From Acidimicrobiia bacterium (GTDB lineage Bacteria; Actinomycetota; Acidimicrobiia; Spongiisociales; ZC4RG35): a stretch of 33,867 nucleotides of DNA. Below are positions 1 to 6,950 of this stretch, piece by piece (positions within the stretch are counted from its first letter, which is position 1; each line of letters begins with the position of its first letter). Below the pieces are notes generated by a model. That model saw only the letters and a program-made list of their open reading frames with translations. It searched no databases and had not been told where the DNA came from. The stretch is from positions 1 through 33,867 of the forward strand of contig WHTL01000002.1 of the NCBI GenBank assembly GCA_009377735.1. The letters are read 5' to 3'. Made by a program: the position numbers and the translations under genes.

Positions 1-114
1 CTCAGCCAATCCCAATGTCATCAGAAGCTCCAGGGTCGAGAACCACAGTCATGTAATTCTCCCACACACCAACCGAAAACGCGAGCACTCACACACGCGA
101 AAGACACCAGCCAC

Positions 115-279
115 CTAGTGTCCTGTCCGGTGGGTTCGCTTGATATTTCGGCGAGCAGTTTTCATTCCTGGCAAGGACGCACAACGAAGGCGCACTGGCC
201 GTTCGTCGAGGCGGAGGACGCAGCCAGGGGTGAAAAGGGCCGCTGAAATACATGCATGATCTGCCGGACAGGACACTAA
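115..279. mobile_element. MITE-like inverted-repeat element, long copy (about 165 bp)
   Basis: CTAGTGTCCTGTCCGG at 115-130 and its reverse complement at 264-278 (15 of 16 positions; the last base is A, not G). The same 16-mer pair bounds a 62-bp copy at 18353-18414. Similarity between the two loci stops exactly at the repeat ends. Confidence 0.45.
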
Positions 280-956
280 TCCATCAGGGCGCGCAGGGCA
301 GAGCTCAGGATCGAGTGGTGGAGGGCCTGAATGGAGTCAGCAGCGCTACTGATCACACCACGAGCTTGCCCCCGCGCATCCACGTTGGTGGCACGAAGGA
401 GGGGTGCTGTGAGCTGACGAATCAGCTCGGCCTCGCGTTCGACACTGAGGCGAACGGCACGTAGATGGCGTGGCTCCAGCCCCAGATCGATGAGACGACG
501 GCACTCTGTGGCGATCTGTGTTGCACCTGGTGGGAATACCGTGCTGTCGTTGTCGGGCGAGATCAGTCCGTGTGAGATCAGGTCATCTAGTTGATCGTCT
601 GAGAGCCCGCTGATCCTAAGTAGATCGGAACGAACCACCGGCTCCCCCTCGATCTCCAGGGGATCCTCTTCGCCGTCATCGGGAAGGTCGATGTCCTCAA
701 CGTCCTCTCCCCTCTCCCAGAGGGTGAGCTTCGACTTGATCACCTTGAGGGGCAGGAAGTGGTCGCGTTGCTGCACCAGGATGTAACGGATGCGCTTGAG
801 GTCGTCGCGCCCGAATTGGCGGTAGCCTCCATCGGAGCGAGCGGGTTTGATGAGACCCTGGGACTCGAGGAAGCGCAGCTTAGAAACGGAGACGTCGGGA
901 AACTCGTCGCGCAGGAGGTCGATGGCCTCCCCGATGCTGAGGTCGTCGTTATCCAT
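276..956 (-). CDS. MerR-family transcriptional regulator (Rv1828/FtsR-like)
   Basis: N-terminal HTH, SIGEAIDLLRDEFPDVSVSKLRFLESQGLIKPARSDGGYRQFGRDDLKRIRYIL, is typical of the MerR-like protein that follows gcvH-garA in actinobacteria. It overlaps the upstream FHA gene by 8 nt. Its TAG stop lies inside the right inverted repeat of the 115-279 element. Confidence 0.88.
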   Translation of the reverse strand: MDNDDLSIGEAIDLLRDEFPDVSVSKLRFLESQGLIKPARSDGGYRQFGRDDLKRIRYILVQQRDHFLPLKVIKSKLTLWERGEDVEDIDLPDDGEEDPLEIEGEPVVRSDLLRISGLSDDQLDDLISHGLISPDNDSTVFPPGATQIATECRRLIDLGLEPRHLRAVRLSVEREAELIRQLTAPLLRATNVDARGQARGVISSAADSIQALHHSILSSALRALMD

Positions 957-1413
957 CGCCGTGGGCGAGCACGAAGTCGAAGCGTCCCACCAGGATCTCG
1001 TCGCCGGCCTCTAGCTCCGCGCGATCCTTCCGCTCCCCGTTTATGTAGGTACCGTTGGTGGAGCCCGAGTCCTCTACTTCAACCTTGGTGCCGTCCACCA
1101 AGAAGCGGCAATGGTGGCGTGAAACCGTGACATCATCGAGAAAGATGTCGCTATCGGGGTGCCGGCCCACAGTGATCACATCATGATCGAGCACAAAGCT
1201 CAGACCAGCCCTGGGTCCGTGCTCCACCACCAGTGCATACCCCTTGAATCCACGGACATGCTCGGCCTCGGTGGGTGGCAGGGGATGCTCGGCCCTATCG
1301 TCGAGCGGGACGTAAACCACCGTCGTCTCATCCCCGAGCTTGACTCCACAGCGCGGGCAGTACTCGCTGTCGTTCGGTATGTCGGAGCCACATTTCGGAC
1401 ACTTCATGGTCAT
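949..1413 (-). CDS. garA: FHA-domain protein, GarA/OdhI-like core with N-terminal zinc ribbon
   Basis: Core motifs GRHPDSDIFLDDVTVSRHH, GSTNGTYING and GDEILVGRFDFVL match the GarA/OdhI FHA domain, and gcvH-garA-merR synteny is present. The N-terminus is MTMKCPKCGSD...YCPRCG (CxxC-x13-CxxC). I trimmed the start to the ATG at 1413 because the tracked ORF start at 1542 would run 95 nt into gcvH. Confidence 0.85.
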   Translation of the reverse strand: MTMKCPKCGSDIPNDSEYCPRCGVKLGDETTVVYVPLDDRAEHPLPPTEAEHVRGFKGYALVVEHGPRAGLSFVLDHDVITVGRHPDSDIFLDDVTVSRHHCRFLVDGTKVEVEDSGSTNGTYINGERKDRAELEAGDEILVGRFDFVLAHGDG

Positions 1414-1447
1414 GAGTTTAGGAGGCTGGTGCGAGACCGGTCGACCC

Positions 1448-1828
1448 TCATTCCGTGAGGTCTCGATACTCGTCGGCGGTGAGCCAAGCAGAGTCATCCA
1501 CCTCGGCGTCAGGTGTGATGGCCGCGAACCAACCTTCACCATAGGGATCAGTGTTCACCAGCTCCGGTTGCTCCATAAGGTTCTCGTTGATGGTGAGGAC
1601 TTTCCCCGCCACGGGCGAGTAAACCTCTGCGACGGACTTGGTGGACTCCACTTCGGCGATGGTGTCTCCCGCCCCTACGAGGGTGTCAACGGGTCGGACC
1701 TCCACAAAGACTACGTCACCCAACTGATCCTGGGCATACTCGGTTATCCCCACCACGAGCGAGCCATCGTCCTCGCGACGGATCCATTCGTGTTCGCGGG
1801 TGTACTGCAGATCACCAGGCAAATCCAC
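1448..1828 (-). CDS. gcvH: glycine cleavage system protein H
   Basis: 126 aa with YTREHEWI, the lipoyl-lysine context EVESTKSVAEVYSPVAG, and typical length. Confidence 0.93.
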   Translation of the reverse strand: MDLPGDLQYTREHEWIRREDDGSLVVGITEYAQDQLGDVVFVEVRPVDTLVGAGDTIAEVESTKSVAEVYSPVAGKVLTINENLMEQPELVNTDPYGEGWFAAITPDAEVDDSAWLTADEYRDLTE

Positions 1829-1900
1829 TTGGATCAGACCTTTCTCCTCGGGTGTCCGGACTCTACCTGACCTGTGGAACTCCTGAACATCGGAGTCATC

Positions 1901-2446
1901 TCATGTCGCCTCGGTGGCACTTCCCCGGACCATCCCTGCGACGTAGTCGAAACTGGCATACCAGTAGATCACGAGACCCAAGACCGCGCAGATCCACCCG
2001 GGTGGACCAAACAACCAGGGGGCGATGTCAACCGTTGTCAGATAGAAGCAGGGCATGGCTCCGTAGATCATGAAGGTCGCCACCTTCCCCGCTGAGCTGA
2101 CCACAATCGCCCTTCTCTGAAAATAGGAGACCAGGGAGGCGATGCTGACGATTATCTCGCGGGCGATGGTGAGTACCCCGAACCACAACGGGAGCACACC
2201 GGCAATGAGCCCAGCCACCAAACCCGACGCGATCATGAGACGATCCGCTACCGGGTCGAGAATGGTCCCCAGCCTCGACACCTGGTTGAGTCTCCGTGCC
2301 AGGTACCCATCTATCCAATCGGTTGATCCGATGAAAAAGATGAGGGCAGCAGCCAGACCTACCCGGTCCTCCACCATCAACACCCACCAAAAATAGGGTA
2401 TGAGGAGCAGCCTGATGAATGAGATGAGGTTCGGGATCGTGAACAC
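1901..2446 (-). CDS. CDP-alcohol phosphatidyltransferase family protein (PgsA/cardiolipin-synthase-like)
   Basis: Signature DWIDGYLARRLNQVSRLGTILDPVADR (D-x2-DG-x2-AR...G-x3-D-x3-D) and several hydrophobic helices. Confidence 0.9.
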   Translation of the reverse strand: MFTIPNLISFIRLLLIPYFWWVLMVEDRVGLAAALIFFIGSTDWIDGYLARRLNQVSRLGTILDPVADRLMIASGLVAGLIAGVLPLWFGVLTIAREIIVSIASLVSYFQRRAIVVSSAGKVATFMIYGAMPCFYLTTVDIAPWLFGPPGWICAVLGLVIYWYASFDYVAGMVRGSATEAT

Positions 2447-2520
2447 GTTCCCCAGAGGTTAAATGCCCCGAGGGCGTCGTCCCACCTTTCTCCGCAAAGC
2501 GCTACCATCTAAGTCGAACA

Positions 2521-2594
2521 CGGGCTGTGGCGCAGTTTGGTAGCGCACTTGTCTGGGGGACAAGGGGTCGTGGGTTCAAATCCCGCCAGCCCGA
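2521..2594 (+). tRNA. tRNA-Pro (anticodon GGG)
   Basis: Hand-folded cloverleaf. Acceptor CGGGCTG/CAGCCCG; D stem GCGC/GCGC; anticodon stem CTTGT/ACAAG with loop CTGGGGG (anticodon GGG at 2555-2557, G37); 5-nt variable loop; T arm GTGGG-TTCAAAT-CCCGC; discriminator A. CCA is not encoded. Confidence 0.93.
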
Positions 2595-2612
2595 CTTGTT
2601 TTCCGCATTGTT

Positions 2613-2659
2613 CCCCCTCCGGCGGAGGGGGAAAGTTTCCTGCCGAGCCGGAGGCTCGG
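2613..2659. terminator. two GC-rich hairpins between the convergent tRNA-Pro and VOC genes
   Basis: CCCCCTCC-ggc-GGAGGGGG (2613-2631) and CCGAGCC-gga-GGCTCGG (2643-2659). They lie between the 3' ends of a plus-strand tRNA and a minus-strand CDS. There is no strong U tract. Confidence 0.5.
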
Positions 2660-2718
2660 GATGTAAGGGGGCAAAGTAGCCTCGATAGTCGCGACCAGCT
2701 AAACAGGGGATTCGGTTG

Positions 2719-3156
2719 TCAGTGCTTCTGCAGTTCCTCAGTGAACATCACGAGGATGCCGCTGGGACCGCGGAGGTAGGTGAGCTTGTAGACGTCCTCA
2801 TAGGTCGCCACGCCGCGAAGCGGATGGCAACCGTGCGTCGCGGCGATCTCAAGGGCTTCGTCGATGTCATCGACCTTGAAGGCGACACGGTGCATCCCAA
2901 CGTCGTTGGGAAGCGTGGGGTCCGTCTCGATGGCTTCGGGGTGGATGTATTCGAAGAACTCAAGGCGACCCTGGCCGTCTGGTGTCTGAAGTACCGCAAT
3001 CTTGGCGTGGTTGCCGTCAAGGCCCACGGCAGTGTCTGCCCACTCGCCGCTGACGGTGTCGCGGCCGACGACCGTAAGACCGAGGTCCGTGAAGAACGCG
3101 ATCGCTGCCTCGATATCGCGAACTGCGATACCGACGTTGTCAAGTTTGATAGCCAT
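2719..3156 (-). CDS. VOC (glyoxalase/bleomycin-resistance/dioxygenase) family protein
   Basis: MAIKLDNVGIAVRDIEAAIAFFTDLGL...MHRVAFKVDDIDEALE is a typical paired beta-alpha-beta-beta-beta VOC layout. The start was set at the ATG at 3156. The tracked ORF extends to 3258, but the extra 34 aa look non-homologous. Confidence 0.8.
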   Translation of the reverse strand: MAIKLDNVGIAVRDIEAAIAFFTDLGLTVVGRDTVSGEWADTAVGLDGNHAKIAVLQTPDGQGRLEFFEYIHPEAIETDPTLPNDVGMHRVAFKVDDIDEALEIAATHGCHPLRGVATYEDVYKLTYLRGPSGILVMFTEELQKH

Positions 3157-3267
3157 GCATCGCAGGATATCAACCCGGGCCGAGTAGGAGCACGTTTGCT
3201 TTCGGATCTCTGCGACGTCGTCGTTGCTGCTGGCGACGATGGTCTTGTCCAACAGCATTCCTTCATT

Positions 3268-3389
3268 CTGTGCGTAGAATCTCGCCCCAACGCGTCAAAA
3301 ATCCGCACAGAAGGGTGGGCGGAGACTCCCCTCCTCGTTCTGCGCGTGGAAACTCGCTCTAACGCGTCAAAGATCCGCACAGAAGGGTG
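3268..3389. repeat. two-copy intergenic direct repeat (period about 70-72 bp)
   Basis: AACGCGTCAAAaATCCGCACAGAAGGGTG at 3289-3317 recurs as AACGCGTCAAAgATCCGCACAGAAGGGTG at 3361-3389. Flanking similarity starts at TGCG (3271 and 3341). Each copy is embraced by CTGTGCG...CGCACAG (3268-3274 / 3304-3310; the second copy has one mismatch). Confidence 0.8.
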
Positions 3390-3405
3390 CGCGGGAGCTA
3401 CGCAG

Positions 3406-3558
3406 TCAAAACCTGCCAACCACCCAGATGATTCCGTCCACCAAACGCCAGGTGAGGTAGAGGACGGCGAGGATGACGATGATTCGGAAGCTCCAGGGGG
3501 CGGGGACATGCTCCTCTTCGGGATGTCCTTCTTCCTCGGGGAGAAATGGGCCACTCAT
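3406..3558 (-). CDS. candidate 50-aa single-pass membrane protein
   Basis: The ATG at 3558 lies 5 nt after the der stop and is preceded by GAGGAGG about 12 nt upstream. The product MSGPFLPEEEGHPEEEHVPAPWSFRIIVILAVLYLTWRLVDGIIWVVGRF has an acidic head and one hydrophobic helix. I recognise no homology. Confidence 0.4.
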   Translation of the reverse strand: MSGPFLPEEEGHPEEEHVPAPWSFRIIVILAVLYLTWRLVDGIIWVVGRF

Positions 3559-3562
3559 CGTT

Positions 3563-4945
3563 TTATACCGGCCTCCTCGGAGGTCGCACCCTTGCAATGA
3601 CACGGACAGGGGTCCCTGTGAAGTCGGCCTGGCCACGGAGGCGAGACTCGATGAACCGGAGGTAGTCGGCGCCAAGGGAGCCGCCCGTGACGAACAGGAT
3701 CACGGTCGGCGGGTTGATACCTGCCTGGACGGCGTATCTGATGTTGGGACGGCGACCCTTCCGCACCGGGGGTGGATGGGCGGAGACCCACGTGCGGACG
3801 AGGCGGTTGAGCTGTCCGGTGGGGACACGTCGCTTGCGGGATTCGAGAACGGTCTCGACTGCGGGTCCGATACGTTGCATCCGGGCACCTGTCTGGGCAG
3901 AGATGCGAATGAGGGGTGCCCAGTCGACGAAGCCGAGACGATCGAGATTGCGCTCCAGTTCGTAGCGGGCGTCGTCGTCGACGATATCCCATTTGTTCAG
4001 GACAACGACCAGACCCACACCTTCCTCCACCACCTCGGAGGCAATACGGGCATCCTGATGGGTCACACCGTCTGCGGCATCCACCAGTAGTAGCGCCACG
4101 TCTGCGGTCTGCAATGCCTCCCGTGCTCTCAGCACTGCGTAGAAGTCGGCATCTTCTGTGATCTGAGGTTTGCGTCTGATACCTGCCGTGTCGACGAGCG
4201 TGTACGGGTTGCCGTCGATCTCGACCTCGACATCGATGGGGTCTCGGGTGGTTCCCGGTTTCTCCGAGACGATCGTCCGCTGCTCCCCGGTCAGAGTGTT
4301 GAGCAGGGTGGATTTGCCAACGTTCGGCTTCCCGATGATCGCGATGCGGGGAATCTCGTGGACGACCTCCTCATCCCGTTCCCGGAATCCCTCCACCACT
4401 CGATCGAGGAGATCACCAACACCTCGTCCGTGAATGGCGGACACGGGGTTGGGTTCCCCGAGGCCAAGAGACCAGAGCTCGGTGGCGAGGCTCTCCACAA
4501 CCTCGTTGTCGGCCTTGTTGGCTGCCAGGTGAATGGGCACCATCGCCTGTCGGAGTAGGTCGACGACTGCAGCATCATCATCGCTAACCCCTGCAGTGGC
4601 ATCGACCACAAATATCACAGCGTCGGCAACGGCCAGGGCCGCTTCCGCCTGCTCACGAATCGCCTGGGCGATGCCGTCCTCGGGGTTGATCTCCCAGCCA
4701 CCGGTATCGACCAGCACGAAATCGTGGCCTGCCCAGTCGGCGTCGAAGTTGCGTCGGTCCCTGGTCACACCGGGTTCCGATTCGACCACGGCGGGTCGCC
4801 CCCCCACGATACGGTTCACCAGGGTCGACTTTCCTACGTTAGGTCGGCCTAACACAGCCACGACTGGTAACCGTCCCGCAGTGATCGTCCCAGCGGGGTT
4901 GGGGTCCTCGGCCCGGGCTACCGGGCCACCGGTTGGCTGGCTCAT
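3563..4945 (-). CDS. der: ribosome-biogenesis GTPase Der (EngA)
   Basis: Two tandem GTPase domains (GRPNVGKSTLVN...DTGG...NKAD and GKPNVGKSTLLN...DTAG...NKWD) plus a KH-like C-terminus. The start was set at the ATG at 4945, which forms an ATGA overlap with the ispH stop. Confidence 0.93.
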   Translation of the reverse strand: MSQPTGGPVARAEDPNPAGTITAGRLPVVAVLGRPNVGKSTLVNRIVGGRPAVVESEPGVTRDRRNFDADWAGHDFVLVDTGGWEINPEDGIAQAIREQAEAALAVADAVIFVVDATAGVSDDDAAVVDLLRQAMVPIHLAANKADNEVVESLATELWSLGLGEPNPVSAIHGRGVGDLLDRVVEGFRERDEEVVHEIPRIAIIGKPNVGKSTLLNTLTGEQRTIVSEKPGTTRDPIDVEVEIDGNPYTLVDTAGIRRKPQITEDADFYAVLRAREALQTADVALLLVDAADGVTHQDARIASEVVEEGVGLVVVLNKWDIVDDDARYELERNLDRLGFVDWAPLIRISAQTGARMQRIGPAVETVLESRKRRVPTGQLNRLVRTWVSAHPPPVRKGRRPNIRYAVQAGINPPTVILFVTGGSLGADYLRFIESRLRGQADFTGTPVRVIARVRPPRRPV

Positions 4946-5991
4946 CGTACGATCGACTCCAAAGCCTCGGTGGCAGTCCAAGTCCGGTCACCGGCCATCC
5001 AATCCTTCTCTTGGGGTGGTTTGGCAGTCACCCCCGCCTCGACGATATTCTGCAGCACACCCACGAGACCCCGAAGCTGTGGGGGCAAAGTGAAGTACTC
5101 GCCTTCCTCCGTCACCGAGAACAGCTCGAACCCGAGACTTGGATCGAGACGGTCGATGACATCTGTGACCAGGTGATCGGGAGCTGAGGCCCCGGCCGTA
5201 AGACCCACTACTTCAACACCTTCCAGCCATTCGTCCTCGATGTCGTCAACAGAGTCGATCCGATGGGCCTCCGTTCCCAACTCACGTGACACCCGCACCA
5301 GAGCCCTGGTGTTGGATGAATTTTCGGATCCCACCACCAGGATGAGGTCGCATTGGTCGGTCAATCCACGCACGGCTTCCTGACGATTGGTCGTGGCGTA
5401 ACAAAGATCGGAGCGGCGGGCGGTAGCGATCTCCGGAAAACGCTCCCGGGCCGATTCGAGGACCGACTTCCACTCGTGCACACCCAGAGTGGTCTGACTG
5501 AGCAGTGCAATCTTGGATGGATCCCTCGGTTGGAAATCATCCCCCAGACCGGTCTCGGGTTCCACCAGGGTGATGTCTTCGGGCGCCTCGGCCAGGGTAC
5601 CGATCGCCTCATCGTGCCCGATGTGGCCGACATAGATGATCTCATGGCCCTTAGCCGTCATTCGCTTCACCTCGTGATGAACCTTGGTCACCAGGGGGCA
5701 GACGGCGTCTATGACGATGCTGGCCCGATCGGCGGCACCTGATACCACCTCGGGTGCGGAGCCGTGGGCGGACAACATCACGGGTGCACCAAGGGGGGCT
5801 TCTTCGATGTCGTCGATAAAGATGACACCGACCTTCTCAAAGGCGCGCACCACCCACTCGTTGTGGACTATCTCGTGATAGCAATAGACGGGTGGCTCGA
5901 AGATGCGGACCATCCAGGTGAGTGCCTTGATGGCCATTTCCACCCCGGCGCAGAACCCACGTGGTTCGGCCACCAGAACACGTTGGACCAT
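4942..5991 (-). CDS. ispH: 4-hydroxy-3-methylbut-2-enyl diphosphate reductase
   Basis: RVLVAEPRGFCAGVEMAIKAL, DAVCPLVTKVH and LILVVGSENSSNT are IspH/LytB motifs, including the three cluster cysteines. Confidence 0.92.
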   Translation of the reverse strand: MVQRVLVAEPRGFCAGVEMAIKALTWMVRIFEPPVYCYHEIVHNEWVVRAFEKVGVIFIDDIEEAPLGAPVMLSAHGSAPEVVSGAADRASIVIDAVCPLVTKVHHEVKRMTAKGHEIIYVGHIGHDEAIGTLAEAPEDITLVEPETGLGDDFQPRDPSKIALLSQTTLGVHEWKSVLESARERFPEIATARRSDLCYATTNRQEAVRGLTDQCDLILVVGSENSSNTRALVRVSRELGTEAHRIDSVDDIEDEWLEGVEVVGLTAGASAPDHLVTDVIDRLDPSLGFELFSVTEEGEYFTLPPQLRGLVGVLQNIVEAGVTAKPPQEKDWMAGDRTWTATEALESIVR

Positions 5992-6025
5992 GGGTCACAT
6001 GGTAGGGACCGCGGCGACCTCGGCG

Positions 6026-6661
6026 TTAGTCGACCATGTCGACGATGCGTCCCACCACCTCATCTATGGAAAGGCGGCTGGTGTCAACGATGTGGGCATC
6101 ATCGGCAACTGCGAGGGGGGAGGCGGTCCGTGACGAGTCAAAACGATCACGACGCTCCAAGTCGGCGCCGGCATTGGGGTCATCCGGCATTTCCTCAGCC
6201 CGGCGGGCGGCTCGCACATCTGGATTGGCGTCGAGGTAGATCTTGAGATCCGCCTGCGGGAAGACCACCGTGCCAATGTCGCGACCCTCGGCGACACATG
6301 AGCCGCCACGCTCCTCCACCCAGCGTCGCTGGGCATCGACCAAGATCGTCCGAACAGCGGGATGAGCCGAGACCACCGATACTTGGTCTGATACCGATGC
6401 GGATCGTATTGCCCGGGTGACGTCTCGTCCCTCGAGCAGCACAGTGGCATCTCCGATCTCCATGTCCATCGTCTTCACGACATCGAGTACCCCCTCGGGG
6501 TTCCCAGGATCGACCCCGTCGTCGAGGACGGCGAGGGTGGCGGTTCGGTAGAAGGCCCCGGTATCGAGATGGGGTATCCCCAGCCGTTCGGCGATGAGAC
6601 GGCTTACCGTGGACTTGCCCGACCCAGCGGGTCCGTCGATGGCGATCACCAGTTCACTCAC
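6026..6661 (-). CDS. cmk: cytidylate kinase
   Basis: IAIDGPAGSGKSTVSRLIAERLGIPHLDTGAFYR, with typical length and the cmk/der neighbourhood. Confidence 0.93.
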   Translation of the reverse strand: MSELVIAIDGPAGSGKSTVSRLIAERLGIPHLDTGAFYRTATLAVLDDGVDPGNPEGVLDVVKTMDMEIGDATVLLEGRDVTRAIRSASVSDQVSVVSAHPAVRTILVDAQRRWVEERGGSCVAEGRDIGTVVFPQADLKIYLDANPDVRAARRAEEMPDDPNAGADLERRDRFDSSRTASPLAVADDAHIVDTSRLSIDEVVGRIVDMVD

Positions 6662-6712
6662 AGCGTCGCAGCATATAGGGTCTCGATGGTGCCGACCTCA
6701 TCGGGGGTGCTT

Positions 6713-6910
6713 CCATGGTCGAGGATGTGGATTTGTGGGATGACTGGGGTTTTTCACACCGTCGACCCTGGGGAGAGTGCGCCCATGGTCGAGGATGTGG
6801 ATATGTGGGATGACCGGGGTTTTTCACACCGTCGACCCTGGGATTAGTGCGCCCATGGTCGAGAGTGTGGATATATGGCATGAGCGCGGTTTTTTCACAC
6901 CGTCGACCAT
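6713..6910. repeat. 3 x 70-bp tandem repeat in the cmk-aroA intergenic region
   Basis: Units start with CCATGGTC at 6713, 6783 and 6853. The consensus is CCATGGTCGAGGATGTGGATwTGTGGGATGACyGGGGTTTTTCACACCGTCGACCCTGGG.... Each unit carries the inverted pair GGTCGA...TCGACC. The third unit is more diverged. A period of 70 is not a multiple of 3. Confidence 0.9.
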
Positions 6911-6950
6911 AGGACGGGCTCCCACAGTTCTTCCTCGTCGGAGTCGGACC

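Noticed and set aside
1-114. Possible partial gene or small peptide at the left edge (a 16-codon minus-strand frame with GGGAG upstream)
   Set aside because: It is too short, has no supporting features, and sits at the window edge, so the context is missing.
159-236. Glycine-riboswitch-like fragments (CTGGCAAGGAC, ACGAAGGCGCA) in a neighbourhood containing gcvH
   Set aside because: The order of the fragments is wrong for a glycine aptamer, and the GGAGAG and CUCAGGCAAAAGGAC cores are not present. The plus-strand orientation points into the 3' end of a convergent gene, so there is nothing downstream to regulate.
252-464. The 70-aa ORF (+) at 252-464 and the 73-aa ORF (-) at 18168-18389 both contain MHDLPDRTL, which suggests a shared small protein
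   Set aside because: The shared peptide is just the translation of ATGCATGATCT plus the 16-bp inverted repeat. Similarity ends at the repeat boundary, and the rest of the first ORF is antisense to the MerR gene.
3289-3317. Possible relationship between the 3268-3389 repeat and the 6713-6910 repeat (similar period; the reverse-complement core GTGCGGATTTTTG versus ATGTGGATTTGTG)
   Set aside because: The match is only about 10 of 13 positions. By rough estimate a match of that quality is expected by chance when two ~70-bp units are compared on both strands. The rest of the units do not align.
2716-3600. Long ORFs of 294 aa (+) and 268 aa (-, 2748-3554) spanning the VOC gene, the intergenic repeat and the der 3' end
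   Set aside because: They run antisense to, or out of frame with, clearly recognisable genes (VOC and der) and have Ala/Arg/Ser/Pro-rich low-complexity composition. Their repeated peptides (NASKIRTEG, AHPSVRIFDAL) simply mirror the DNA repeat. These are typical high-GC shadow ORFs.
6713-6910. CRISPR array
   Set aside because: The whole 70-bp unit is repeated head to tail, with no unique spacers between short repeats. There are only three units, and no cas genes are in the window.
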